Origin: Bugula neritina
Lineage: Eukaryota; Animalia; Bryozoa
Reading direction: 5' to 3'
Length of the DNA stretch: 64,000 bases
NCBI GenBank assembly: GCA_964035545.1
Contig: OZ037765.1
Coordinates: 29,387,504-29,451,503 of the forward strand
A program made the translations under genes and the position numbers. The notes beneath the pieces were generated by a model. It saw nothing but the letters and a program-made list of their open reading frames with translations, was not told the origin of the DNA and did not search any database. Position 1 is the first letter of the stretch; each line of letters opens with the position of its first letter. Below, piece after piece: positions 38,869-62,287 of the stretch.

Positions 38869-41800
38869 TTAGAGGTAGTGCACCAGGCTTCCTATCTCTT
38901 CTGTACTTGGATCGAGGATACGGGACCAGGCCTCGATTGCGCTATCCAGGATGCACTCTCGGTAAGGAAGTGCCATACTCTGCCCGTGACGGGGCAATTG
39001 TGGGTGGGTTGGCTGAGTCTGTTCTTCTATCTGGCTGCCTGGTGCTCCAGATATCCAATACTGGCGGGCGACCAGGGCCCGAGGCATTGCCAGTATTGGA
39101 GAGTCCTCTTCGTCTCTGCCTGCGAGGTGGTCGCCGTATAGAGTGCCCTGCTCCTCCCCAGCTGTGAGCTGGAGCTCAACCGGTTCGGGGTCAGGGCCAC
39201 TAACGCTGGCGGAACACACCTCGGAAGAGGGGGTGTCGTACTGCTGGCTGCGGGGAGCCGAAACAGGAGCTGGTGGGGGAGGGGAGTCGGATCGACTGGC
39301 CTCCTCGGTATCCTTACGCTCCTCTGTTTGGGTATCTGGCGAGGTAATTCCCATAGCTGATGCTAGTGTCTGAATAACAGTGTTTAAATTATACTTAGGG
39401 GTATCAGGATTAGAATTCAACTTGAGCTGTAACTCACGTGCTAGCTGTGTGAAATCTTCTTTTTGGTGGAATTCTCCGGGGTGATGGAGGGAATTTCCAG
39501 CCAAGATGGGGTGGTCGTCCGTACTGGGTGGGTTGTCCTCATGAGGGGGCCACTCCAGGTGCCCTACAGCATAGTCTGCCAGATACCTGGGGGGTCTTCT
39601 TGACCGCTGGCTCCTCTCAATTGGAACAGGCACCGGTGGTGTTGGTGGCTCCTGGGCTACCCTAGTAGGGGGGTCCCCGCCTTCACCCAACACGGGGGTG
39701 GGGGTGTCCTCCCCCAGGGAGGGTGGTGGTCCTAGGGCTTGCCGCTGTTCCTGTTCCCGCTCCTCTCTCTGCTGTCGCTCCAGCTGCTCTATCAAGGCGG
39801 CCTGCTCCTGGTCCGACTCTCTGGGAACCATAATTTCCACCTCTCGGGGCTGGGTGGCCCGTCCTCGACGGTTGGGCTGACGGTGGGGCTCCAGGAGGGG
39901 TGGAGCCTGACCCACCGCGTCTGGGCTGGCATGGTAAGGTTTGAGGCGCTGCTCGCTCTGGACGGAGATCTGTCCAGAGCGCTCCACACGGTACGTGTGG
40001 TTGGGCAGCACCTCCACTACGCAGTAGGGACCGACGAACTTGGGCTGAAGCTTAGCCGACTGTCCGCGTCGCCTACGGTAGCTCACCATCCAGACCCAGT
40101 CTCCCACCTGGTACAACGGGGGCTCCTCTGAGTCCTCTGTGCGGGTCTGCCACTGCTGGGTGCGCAGCGCATCATGAGCTTTGCCCATGATGTCCATCAG
40201 ACCCTCCACATATTCGTGTACCGGTGACTCGGGGGCAGGAACATGGTATGTCAGGTGTTCCGGGACCCGCGTCTCTCGGCCTAGCATCAGGAAGTTTGGG
40301 GTCTCCTGTGTGGCGGAGTGTGGTGTGCTGCGGTAAGCCCGCATGATCTGCGGCAGCACCACGTCCCATTCTTCCTGACCTCGACCAAGGAGCAGGCTCC
40401 TGAGCGCGTCACCCAACATCCTGTTGTTCCGCTCGACGACTCCGTTCCCTTGCGGGTGATATGGGGTGGTCCGACTCTGGTTCACCCCCCATATCCGGCA
40501 GAGGTCTCCCATGAGCTGGGACTGGAACTGGGCGCCCTGGTCCGTATGTATCTGCTCGGGCAAACCGAGGTAACAGAACACATTTTGGTCCAGGGTCCGG
40601 GCCACCGTGGGGGCGGTTGCGTCTGGGATAGCCAGAGCATCCGCCCACCGGGTAAAGTGGTCCGTGAGCACCAGTATCCAGGTGTTCCCTCTGGCGGATA
40701 ACGGCATAGGCCCGACGAGGTCTACCGCCACTACTTGCCACGGTCGACCAGCGTACAGCCGGCGTCGACCAGTGGTTTCCGTGGGGCGGCCATGCTTGCT
40801 AGCTTGGCAGACCTCGCATTGCCGTACCCGCAGTCGTACGTCCCGAGTCATTCCGGGCCAATACCAACGCAGCCGCAGACACCTGATGACCCGACTGACT
40901 CCAGAATGAGCCTGCTTATGGGTGTCCCAGATCAGTTCCCGTCGGAGGGCGCGTGGACAGACGACGCGGTCCCTCTCCTGCTGACGGTTGTCTGCTGCTA
41001 ACATTATCATCAGGAGGCCATTAGGACTGACCTTGAGGGCATCCCAGCGACGACAGAGGAGTTGGAACTCAACGTCTCCCTGCCGCTGCTGTTCCTCGCT
41101 AGGTCGTCGGCCCTCCTTCTTGGCCCGGAAAATGTCCGCTACCGCGCCGGGTAGCGTCTCCTGGAGTCGGCACAGCTCCTTGACATTCTGGTACAGAGTG
41201 GGGTTGGCGTGAAGTGCCTGGACGTCGTCTGAGTGGGTTTCGGTCCGAAGATGGCCGTGCTCCCACCGATAGACGGCGCCCTCCCCTAACTCTGTTTCCA
41301 CGTCAAGGCGAGCGGGTCCCCCGTCCCGCTTCTCAATGTGCAGGCATTGCTTACAGTCCTCTACCGGCCGGCGGCTCATGCCGTCGGCGTTCCCGTGCTT
41401 CCGGCCAGCACGGTGCTCTATCCGGTAAGAGAACTCGGCAAGAATCTCTAGCCAACGAGCCACCTGGCTCGAGGGCTCCGCACGTTTACACAGCCATATC
41501 AGTGATGCATGGTCTGTTCGCAAACGGAACGTTCTCCCATACAGATATGGCCGAAAGTGCTTGACCGCCTTGACTACTGCTAGGAGTTCCTTCCTAGTGG
41601 TGCAGTAGTTCTTCTCGGCGGCCGCGAGAGTCTTGCTGTAGTAAGCCACGACCACCTCACTTCCACCCTGGACTTGAGACAGGACAGCTCCCACGCTGTG
41701 GTCGCTGGCATCGGTGTCCAGGATGTACTCTTGGGCTGGATCAGGATACGCCAGAATTGGCGCCTCCATTAGCCGCTGCTTGAGGTGGTCGAATGCCTGC

Positions 41801-43968
41801 TGCTCCTCCTGTGTCCACTGCCACCGGACCCCCTTTGCGGTCAGCCGATTCAACGGCTGAGCCACTCCTGCGAAGCCAGGTATGTACTGCCGGTAGTACC
41901 CTACTAGGCCCAGGAACGCGCGCAACTCAGGGAGGTCACGGGGGACAGTCCACTCCTTCACAGCCTGTACCTTCTCCGGGTCGGTAGCGACCTCATCACG
42001 GCCAACCACATGGCCCAGGTACGTGACTTCCGGCTGCAGGAGTGCACACTTGGAGGGCTTCAGCTTCAGTCCAGCTGCCCGGAGACGGTCAAAGACCTCC
42101 CGCAGACGACTGACATGAGTCGAGAAGTCTGGGGAGATGACAATGACGTCGTCCAGATAGATGAGGAGGGTCTTCCAGTGTAACCCACTGAGGACCTGCT
42201 CCATGAGCCGTTGGAAAGTTGCCGGAGCGGACGTTAGTCCAAATGGCAGTACTTTCCACTTCCAGAGCCCGTCGCGGGTGATGAACGCTGCTTTGTCCTG
42301 GGCATCAGGACTGAGGGGTACTTGCCAGTACCCGCTAAGCAGATCCAAAGTACTGAAGTACTTGCTACCCGCGAGGGCATCCAGAGACTCATCTATCCGT
42401 GGGAGAGGGTAGGCATCCTGGATGGTAACGCTGTTGAGTCTGCGGTAGTCCACGCAGAATCTCCAGCTACCATCCTTCTTCTTGACCAGGACTACTGGAG
42501 AGCTCCACGCACCGTGGGCAGGCTCAATCAGATCCCGGTCGAGAAGATCCTGTACCTGTCGGCTCACCTCCTTCTCCTTCTCCGGGCCTAGACGCCGGGT
42601 AGGCTGCCTGATGGGAGTGGTGCCGGCTGCCAGGGGTATCTCGTGGGAGATGACCTTGGTCAGCCCCATGTCTCCATCGCCACGACTGAAGACATCACTG
42701 TACTCCGCAAGTAGTTGAGCCAGTACTTGGCGTTCAGTACTACTTGTACAGTTTCCACACGCTCCATCATACAGGTCAGCCATATGCTCCGGGACTGCTC
42801 CTCGTCTGGTGTGAGGGGGGTTCCCCTGGGTGTCGGCCACTGTCTCCAGTGCTGGACCCACATCCGCTTCCTGGATGGAGTGGTACTTCCCCACCAGCGC
42901 TCCAGCCGATAATCGGACAGGTTCCGTGAAAGGGTTGATGCACTGCACGAGGAGCTCCTGCCGACAATCTAGCCGATTTAGGCTGTTTGCTAGTCGGATC
43001 GCTCCGTGCGTTCCCTCAACCACCCCCAGGTCGGCGATCCCCTTGCAGTTGACTCTGCAGCGAAGAGTCGCCTGGGATCTCCCCGGAACCGTGCAGTCCC
43101 GCACTACCTGGACTCCGCCCACCAAGGGCCTTCCGAACTTGTCGACGCAGACAAGTTCCTTCCCAGCCATCACCACCACTGACTTCTGGAAATCCATGTG
43201 ACACTGGTGTTTCTCCAGAAACGGCATTCCCAGGATGGCGTCCTCCTTCAGCTGGCTGACTATGAACGTCTCGTGAATTGCTTGATCACGGACGCGTCCA
43301 GGTAGTGAAATGACGCCGTAGAAAGGAATGCATGATCCGTCCGCCAACGTACCATGCGCACCTTCATACGGCTCGAGGCTCGCCCGCTCTCGTGCACCAA
43401 GAGTGTCAAAGAGACGCCTACTCAGCAGGTTGGTAGTGCACCCAGTATCCAGTAGGAATGTGGCAGCTTTACCCGAAATCTTTCCGGGTAGGAAGTAGCT
43501 GCTTCCATACGGCTGGGTGCTCCTGGAGCGGTCAGTCTCTGGGGGAGACACAACTTGGGTCCGCACAGCGGGCCTCCTCTTCGTCTTAGAGACAACGGGG
43601 GTTTTCTGAGGTCGGGAGGGTAGCTTGGGGTACTCTTGCGAGTAAGCTGAATCCTCCTCCACAACCTCCTCGGGCAACCCCGCGAACCGGTTCTGGAGTG
43701 GCCAGGCCGGAGGATCGGGCAGACCTTGCGGTCTCCGAGATCTCCGAGGTGCCTGCCATCCTGCTTCTTCTAGCTGCATCCGGGTCTCGAGTGGCACGGC
43801 CGGAGGATCGGGTAGACCTTGCGGTCTCCGAGATCTCCGTGGCCTCTGCCACTCGGTATCGGCAGACCCTGTGGAGGTCTCTTCTTCTCCTCTCCGAGTC
43901 CTATCCCGGATGGGATTGGCGTGAGGCCCACGGTTGGCGGAAGTTACCGTGAGCCTTGGGTGTTTAAA
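38869..43968 (-). CDS. Gypsy Pol (PR, RT, RNaseH, IN, long C-terminal extension), reached by -1 frameshift from gag
   Basis: FLLDTGC, WRFCVDYR, YLDD, LDTDAS..ELLAV, HKQAH..CEVC, AVDLVGP/HTDQG/VVER and the GPY/F module (KFVGPY). The frame is open upstream of the GTG at 43797 up to the slippery site at 43968. Confidence 0.96.
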   Translation of the reverse strand, partial: FKHPRLTVTSANRGPHANPIRDRTRRGEEETSTGSADTEWQRPRRSRRPQGLPDPPAVPLETRMQLEEAGWQAPRRSRRPQGLPDPPAWPLQNRFAGLPEEVVEEDSAYSQEYPKLPSRPQKTPVVSKTKRRPAVRTQVVSPPETDRSRSTQPYGSSYFLPGKISGKAATFLLDTGCTTNLLSRRLFDTLGARERASLEPYEGAHGTLADGSCIPFYGVISLPGRVRDQAIHETFIVSQLKEDAILGMPFLEKHQCHMDFQKSVVVMAGKELVCVDKFGRPLVGGVQVVRDCTVPGRSQATLRCRVNCKGIADLGVVEGTHGAIRLANSLNRLDCRQELLVQCINPFTEPVRLSAGALVGKYHSIQEADVGPALETVADTQGNPPHTRRGAVPEHMADLYDGACGNCTSSTERQVLAQLLAEYSDVFSRGDGDMGLTKVISHEIPLAAGTTPIRQPTRRLGPEKEKEVSRQVQDLLDRDLIEPAHGAWSSPVVLVKKKDGSWRFCVDYRRLNSVTIQDAYPLPRIDESLDALAGSKYFSTLDLLSGYWQVPLSPDAQDKAAFITRDGLWKWKVLPFGLTSAPATFQRLMEQVLSGLHWKTLLIYLDDVIVISPDFSTHVSRLREVFDRLRAAGLKLKPSKCALLQPEVTYLGHVVGRDEVATDPEKVQAVKEWTVPRDLPELRAFLGLVGYYRQYIPGFAGVAQPLNRLTAKGVRWQWTQEEQQAFDHLKQRLMEAPILAYPDPAQEYILDTDASDHSVGAVLSQVQGGSEVVVAYYSKTLAAAEKNYCTTRKELLAVVKAVKHFRPYLYGRTFRLRTDHASLIWLCKRAEPSSQVARWLEILAEFSYRIEHRAGRKHGNADGMSRRPVEDCKQCLHIEKRDGGPARLDVETELGEGAVYRWEHGHLRTETHSDDVQALHANPTLYQNVKELCRLQETLPGAVADIFRAKKEGRRPSEEQQRQGDVEFQLLCRRWDALKVSPNGLLMIMLAADNRQQERDRVVCPRALRRELIWDTHKQAHSGVSRVIRCLRLRWYWPGMTRDVRLRVRQCEVCQASKHGRPTETTGRRRLYAGRPWQVVAVDLVGPMPLSARGNTWILVLTDHFTRWADALAIPDATAPTVARTLDQNVFCYLGLPEQIHTDQGAQFQSQLMGDLCRIWGVNQSRTTPYHPQGNGVVERNNRMLGDALRSLLLGRGQEEWDVVLPQIMRAYRSTPHSATQETPNFLMLGRETRVPEHLTYHVPAPESPVHEYVEGLMDIMGKAHDALRTQQWQTRTEDSEEPPLYQVGDWVWMVSYRRRRGQSAKLQPKFVGPYCVVEVLPNHTYRVERSGQISVQSEQRLKPYHASPDAVGQAPPLLEPHRQPNRRGRATQPREVEIMVPRESDQEQAALIEQLERQQREEREQEQRQALGPPPSLGEDTPTPVLGEGGDPPTRVAQEPPTPPVPVPIERSQRSRRPPRYLADYAVGHLEWPPHEDNPPSTDDHPILAGNSLHHPGEFHQKEDFTQLARELQLKLNSNPDTPKYNLNTVIQTLASAMGITSPDTQTEERKDTEEASRSDSPPPPAPVSAPRSQQYDTPSSEVCSASVSGPDPEPVELQLTAGEEQGTLYGDHLAGRDEEDSPILAMPRALVARQYWISGAPGSQIEEQTQPTHPQLPRHGQSMALPYRECILDSAIEAWSRILDPSTEEIGSLVHYL
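43924..43968 (-). promoter_or_regulatory. Programmed -1 ribosomal frameshift signal (U UUA AAC plus stem-loop)
   Basis: Heptamer TTTAAAC (43968-43962) lies in the correct gag phase. A 5-nt spacer is followed by an 11-bp stem aggctcacggt/accgtgggcct. The -1 frame is the pol frame. Confidence 0.85.
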
Positions 43969-44849
43969 GGCCCTTGGCCTCTAGGGCAGTGCCTCCTCAC
44001 GTGCCCTTGCGCCCCGCACCCCCAACAGGTTAGCAGAGATGGGCGGACAGGGTTGTCCCGTGATCGGGGAGCCCGCCTATCCGCCTGTTCGCTCTGCAAC
44101 TTCGTCACCGTAGCCTGCAGGCCTTTCATCATGTCCATTAACATGGTGAGCTGCATCTGCTCGGGTGATTTAGTTGCAGCTGCTGCTACCTGTGGAGTTG
44201 GAAGTGGGGTGGTCTCCTCATGCTCCTCGACCACTTGGCGGGCTGTATAGCTCGGTCGCCTAGGCTCTTCCACCTGGAAGTAAGCCTTCCCCATTTCCAG
44301 TGCTTCTTCTATACTGTTGACCTTGGCGGCCAGCCAGTATCGCTGCAGGTCCGGGTGATTAACGCTCCGGAAGAACGCGTTATAAACGAGGCGCTTCCGG
44401 TCGTCGCCAGTGGCTTGACCGAAAGCAGCCTGAGCCAGGCGCTCTACCTCGTTAGCGTGATCTTCCAGAGGAGTCCTCCGGTCCCTCCTCATTATCTGCA
44501 AATGATCAGCTGCTTCTTCGGCTGTTAGGCCAAACCGGGCTCTGAGAGCCCGCATGATGTGCTCTTCATCAGGCCCAAGAGCGAAGCTCTTGGCCCGGCC
44601 TGTCAGACAGGCCCGGAGTTGGAGGATGCGCACCCGTACTGGCCATTCAGCGATGGTGGCCACATCCTGGAACTCCCTGATGAATTGCTCTACGTCTCCT
44701 TCTCCTCCGAAATTCGGGGGCTGGAGGCGATACCTGTCACCAGGTGATGCCTGTCCTTGACCCCGCAATCTCTGGAGGGCTGTGACCAGCGCCTCAACAG
44801 TGAGGGCTGGTGGTGTTGCTGCCTCAGGGGCTGAGTCCCCTGGGGCCAT
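43944..44849 (-). CDS. Gypsy Gag (301 aa)
   Basis: Capsid-like PPNFGGEGDVEQFIREF...W...LTGRA and zinc knuckle CWGCGAQGHVRRHC. Confidence 0.93.
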   Translation of the reverse strand: MAPGDSAPEAATPPALTVEALVTALQRLRGQGQASPGDRYRLQPPNFGGEGDVEQFIREFQDVATIAEWPVRVRILQLRACLTGRAKSFALGPDEEHIMRALRARFGLTAEEAADHLQIMRRDRRTPLEDHANEVERLAQAAFGQATGDDRKRLVYNAFFRSVNHPDLQRYWLAAKVNSIEEALEMGKAYFQVEEPRRPSYTARQVVEEHEETTPLPTPQVAAAATKSPEQMQLTMLMDMMKGLQATVTKLQSEQADRRAPRSRDNPVRPSLLTCWGCGAQGHVRRHCPRGQGPLNTQGSR

Positions 44850-44880
44850 TGCGCACCGCTCGGCAACTAGTTATTCGAAA

Positions 44881-44898
44881 ATCCCACCGCTGCCACCA
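44881..44898 (-). other. Gypsy primer-binding site complementary to the tRNA-Leu(AAG/UAG) 3' end
   Basis: TGGTGGCAGCGGTGGGAT, 1 nt from the 5' LTR. The plus strand reads ATCCCACCGCTGCCACCA, the conserved metazoan tRNA-Leu 3' end plus CCA. Confidence 0.9.
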
Positions 44899-46300
44899 AT
44901 GTAGTAAACTGTGGGTTCTGAATGCAACTAGTGCCTACATGCTCTAGAAAGAATAAGCCAAGTATTTGAGTACAAATGAGGATAACCTTTATTGTATCAG
45001 ATACAGCTCATGTGGTCCTACTACCAGCGAGCTCCAGTAGTAGTCTGAAGCTACACTGGAAACTCGCCTGCTTTTATACACAAGAATTCACATCTAGAAT
45101 GTTCCAACAGACAAAAGAAAGTTAAGCTTGACAGTAACAAAAGAAAAATAGACAAAGGAGAATGAATAATTCAATAGGCCAAGAATTTAGCTATAATAAC
45201 AACCTATTGAAGGCATTCATAAAAGCTACACAAATTTCCAGTATCAGTATTAATGCAAAACGATGAAATAGCAAAAAGGGAAAATAACTCTGGAAATGCG
45301 TATTTAATGAAAATTACATTATACTGAAAGCTTAATCACAATAATAAGGCATTAGAAAGCTAGTGCAACTTAGCTATAATTACAGCATTCAAAACGATAC
45401 GCAACAGTAGTTATAATACTGACTCACGCAGTTAAAAACTAATAGAGGGTGAAAATCCATTACAATATACACTGTATATCCATTTATATTAAAAATAGGG
45501 AAACAACTTAAATTCTGTATTATCAGAATATGTAATTTTACTGTTTAACTGAGCAATATATGTTTTGCCTTGTTTCTGAGGAAAGCATAACACCGTACTC
45601 AATTTTACTAAAGGCCCATAACATTCATATTAGTTTATAGTCGCCATCTCTGTGAAAAGGGTTTAATAAAGCTAAAGGCTTGATTTCTACTTTTGGCAAA
45701 TGTGCAGTTATATTCTTGCTAACATCACCAATAATGTTTACTGGGATTTAAACTACTGACCTCGTGTTTACTAAGCCAACGCTCTACCACTATAGATCTA
45801 AAAACCTTAACAAAAGCCCATTTCATACAAAAATTGCATTGTATTTTTTTGTAGTTAAAAAGCAAGGCTTTGTAGTATATATGAAATTTATTACAATATT
45901 TATTTTACAACATGAATTGTTTATTCTGGAATAAAAATAAAGGTAGCCTAGTACTAAACCGATTAAATGATTATAAATTATTTATACCCACCTACGCATA
46001 ATATTATACAATAATGTACTGAAAGCCATAATCACTTTCATAGAGGTTATTTGGTATAGAGATTAACATACAATAAAATATCGCATTTTTCAACTCAAAT
46101 CAAAACAAAGTTTGATAAATACTTTTGCATTTAAAAGGCACCAATAATTGTGCAGAATTCATGTGTCATCTTAGACACTCATTAGTGTAAAGATACTGTT
46201 TTATTTATAGTTATTAAAAAAATACAAACATAATTCTGCCTTTATAAAAAGGAAACAGGGATCATTCTTAGTGGTGCGGAGTTGTTAGCTAATGTAACAT

Positions 46301-57982
<11,682 letters not shown>

Positions 57983-60900
57983 ACGCTGTGATAGTTACAA
58001 GTACTGCCAACTAGCTAGCAGAGAACTGACTGTGTGCACAAGGGCTGTAGACTAATACACTGACACTCTGCTCTCTGTTCCCTCTTATATACTCTTCCAG
58101 TACCTCCAGTTGAATGATAGCAATCTATTACAATCAGAGCTATCACAGACTTGAGTACCTACCAACTGGGTGGAGCCAATGATGTGGAGATAACATAGGA
58201 ACAGTTAACAATGGTGGTATTTGATATATAAGCTTACTTTATTTATTTAGATAAACAAACTAGTAAACAAAAAGTGCTTTTTGTGTACTTATTTTTAATA
58301 AAGTTGCTTGCTAGTGAAGCTATATTTAAATTAACAATATGAGTTATTTTGACTATTGCCTTTAAATTGTTGATTTAAGTAAGTAGAAAAAAACGCTTGC
58401 CAAAATGCCACAAAACTAAATATTTATTTTAACAATATTGGCTGATTTCAAGTCACAGAGCTATGTTAATCAGTTTCTTTTCTTCCACAGGTTGCAGACG
58501 TAAGCAAAGACAGTCTCTTGATTCCAGTCACAATCTAGAAGTCGTTGACCCCACAAGAGGTGAATGAAACTAAAGCCAATCTAGTTTATTTGATATTAAA
58601 GTAAACAAATGACGCATTAAAAGCTGATTGACCCTTTGTAAAGTTCATTAGCAATGGGTGTGTATTGAGCAGCTACTATGTCGGAAACTGGGGATAATAA
58701 GAAAAAGCCATTTACTTAGCAATTAGTTGACTGCTATATTTAGATAGAAACTGCTTTATAGCTGGTTTTAAGAGAACAGCAATGTCAGCCACCTCATGAA
58801 TATTTTTAAATAAATAAAATAGCGAAGGCAGAATTCCAGTATCAGATGCCTAAGATATTCTGACCACAGTCATCTGTCAAGTCAAAACACTGAAATTATT
58901 GGCATCTAGTTAGTCAGCCTTCTGTTGTATTTGTGTTTAAACCAGGCTATTCTATACATTATTGCATTCAGTCTTATGAATGAAGTAATACTTTTACTAA
59001 CTACATATCTAGTAACTTTTTGTTATTTGTTTGTTATTTTTAAATTCATATTTTGACTAATTGTACATTGCTGTTTCATATTTTGAACTTCGTGAAATCT
59101 TTTGCATGATATTATACATATTTGTATGCCTTGATGAACACGAGATATTGTATTTCAGTTTTCCTATATTGTAAGGTTTACAAGGAACTCTAGTAATATG
59201 AACATACCAGTCACTCCACAATTAAACATAACATTCATTAAATTGTTCCAGCTAACTCTGGGGAAATTTCTTACACTCTTGATGTGAAAAATACCCTCTA
59301 CTAATTTCCTCTGTAAGCCCCCAACCATATAACTAATTTTTAACTGAACTCTTTAAATAGTGAACTAAAACGAGAGTGTGGCCCCCAATATTTTATCAAA
59401 AATAAGCAGTAGCATTGCTATAATATTGGTAACGTAGAAGTTTAGAATGTAGTATAATATTTAGAACATAGTCTAAAGATCTGGCAACTTCAAACATTTT
59501 CAGGCAATTATATGGAGTGCCAACTGGTCAAAAATTGACCTATCTCTTAACCTCATATGCTCACAATAATGTATCAATAATCACTATTCCTCTTCATTAG
59601 CATGTGATAATGTTTTTCATGACATCATGACTCAACAAGCTTTTCATAGTTTGTCTCTGCGGCTTCATATTATTATGTTATAAGATATATAATATGCTAA
59701 TACATTAACCAATTACTTTCCAGACTTGTTTACACAGCAGACTACGTACCTGCATGTTTAAAAACGTGAAATGTAATCAACATAATTTTGAAAAAATGCA
59801 CAATGGCATAGTAATCGTGCTTTCTGTAGTATTTCATTGACAAGCATGAGTAGTTTTCTTATATAATGTGTTCATAGTAAAGGAATTTGATTGGTTGCTT
59901 AATAAATAGGCCAAACAACAAATTTCATTTTTGACTTAGATTTATCATTTTTTATTCTGTTAGTCACTCTTTCATTGTTCGATGTTTTGTAACAGTTTAT
60001 ACAAGATAATGATTTCAGGTTTCAGGCTCTTAGTTAAACTGGATCACACAAAAACAAGTTTCTACCCCTGGTCTACCATGCAGTGGTAGAAACTGGATGT
60101 AATTTTGATTAGTTTTGTCAAATATTTGATAAAATGTTCATGTGATGGTACCAATATATGTTTTATGTAGGATTTATAGAGCAAAAATATCAAATAAATA
60201 TTTATTTTGAGCTTTTATGTAGTAGAAATGCTGAACAAAATATAAATAAATGGCTGAACAAATTTTTGTTGTTACAAGAAATGATAACTCCTGCACACAG
60301 TAAAGTTTTTTTCAAATAAAGTGAGACATGTTGCAGGCATCCACTTTTTCAATCAATTTAAAAGTTTAAAAGTTATTATTTCTTAAAATCATTTTTTTTC
60401 TTAAGCATCAAATTAGTTTTGATTACCTGTGGATTAGTTTTAATTACCTGTAGCATATAGCTTGTGGCAAGTCATTGATATTCGCTCTGCTATCTCAGCT
60501 TTAACAAATATGCCTCAATAATATTTCCACAGGTTATAAATACAATCTATAAGAATTTTTGAGTTAGTTCAGACTAAGAACTAGTTTATACACTTTCAGA
60601 AAGTTCCAGCACCCCTCCCATGTTCACATAGTAAAAAGACCGAGGTTCTAGTATAAGGAAATATACTACATTGAGTAGTACTAACTTCGTAAGCCTAGAG
60701 TTTACTTCTTTCACTATCTGCCACCAATCAGCTTGTTTATATTTGTAAGGTATTTAAGCTATGCAGTCTTCTATTTGCAGTGAATTCACAAGTTTCATAA
60801 TAGTTGAAAACTTTATAAGAAAATAACAATGCTGGCAGATCACAGAATATTGATTATATAAATAAATCTCTTTTTCAATACATTGCTTGTTAGTACAATG

Positions 60901-62287
60901 ATACTCTTCACCAGTATATAGAGTAGCTATGCCAAGAATTATAAATAATATAAAAAAGCTATCTTTAGCATGACAGTTTGATAAGTCATATAACAGTATT
61001 GAGAATGCATATTAAATCATTGAGTTCATTGCAAATGCCTGTTGCATTACAATTTATATCATAAATATATGACGTAATATTGTCAATGTACTACAGTGAC
61101 CCTTTTTCAGTCAATAAGAGCATTGTCCACTGTACATCTTCTGTTCCCATGTTATGCAACTTAACAGAAAATTGGTTTAGGACATGCAGGAAGCGTACAA
61201 GTTACAAAGAGCAAAACACATTACTTTGCTTGAAGAGGAAACAAAGCCTATTCTCTCCTTAATGTTTCTTGTAATGCCAAAGTAGATAGTAATTAGTCAT
61301 AACTACGCATTCTATTTACTTTCTGATATATCTTAAAGTATTTTTCAAATCAAATAATTCATACTACTTGAAAAAATTAAAAACACAGATAAATGTATGT
61401 CAAACTTTGATTAGGTTAATATAATTATAAAATAATGTACTTCCATTTACTGAATAGATTCATTCATGTTTCTTTGTTACTTTTTCTAATTTATTCAGCA
61501 TGTTTGATACTAATAAGTGATCCCCTCTCAAATTATATTGCTTGCATAACTATTTCTTCACATGTGTTTGCAGGTTGTGTTGCAGCTGTACCATTGGAAT
61601 GTACCGAAAGCCTTGATTACAACTGGTCTATTTGAATTGCACTTGATTTATGAAATAAGTCTGCGTCAAAATCTTGCCTTGCAGCTGGTAGTTTGTATAC
61701 AAGTTCTTTTTGGCAGGCAGTCAGCTATAAACCTTAGAGGTGTAAATTATAATATTATCAGTTTCTGCTTACATATATGTACAATTATGATATTAATATT
61801 GTTTATGCTGGTAGTTATGGCAACCTAGGGTTTATGTCTCAAAATGCTAAATCTACCAACATGTTGTTTTACTGCCAAAAGAAAAACCTCAAAACTTTGC
61901 ATACCTACAACCTCTCTGCATTGATTTAAGTTTTTATATGCAAAAAATGCAAGGATTAAATATGAGCAAAAAATTTTTGACTTAGAGGGACTAAACCTAA
62001 ATGACAAATGCTATAAAAATTACCAAATCATATTTAAAAGAAATAGTGTAAGGGTGGTTTTGAAAAGAAATGTCCAACATCCCATACAAACATAACTGAA
62101 CTTAGATTTCCTGTATTTTTTAGGTATAGTTTCAACACATGCAATGTGAACTAACAAAAAATATACACATTTTGTACATGATTTCACATTGTTTAAACAG
62201 TTCGATTATAAATGGCTATAACTGGTGTCCTTTAAAAATTATTGATCAAAAACTTTTACCTTTATGGTAAATATGAAAATAAATTTC

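Larger units (their letters stand above)
38117..45464 (-). mobile_element. Intact full-length Ty3/Gypsy LTR retrotransposon (7348 bp)
   Basis: TG...CA LTRs 38117-38681 and 44900-45464 (565 bp, identical by eye). 4-bp TSD ATAT at 38113-38116 and 45465-45468. PPT gggggagaa at 38682-38690. GC-rich interior against an AT-rich host. Confidence 0.98.

Noticed and set aside
38829-44760. Many short plus-strand and alternative-frame ORFs inside the Gypsy element
   Set aside because: Expected shadow ORFs of GC-rich coding sequence, with no motifs and no env-like ORF.
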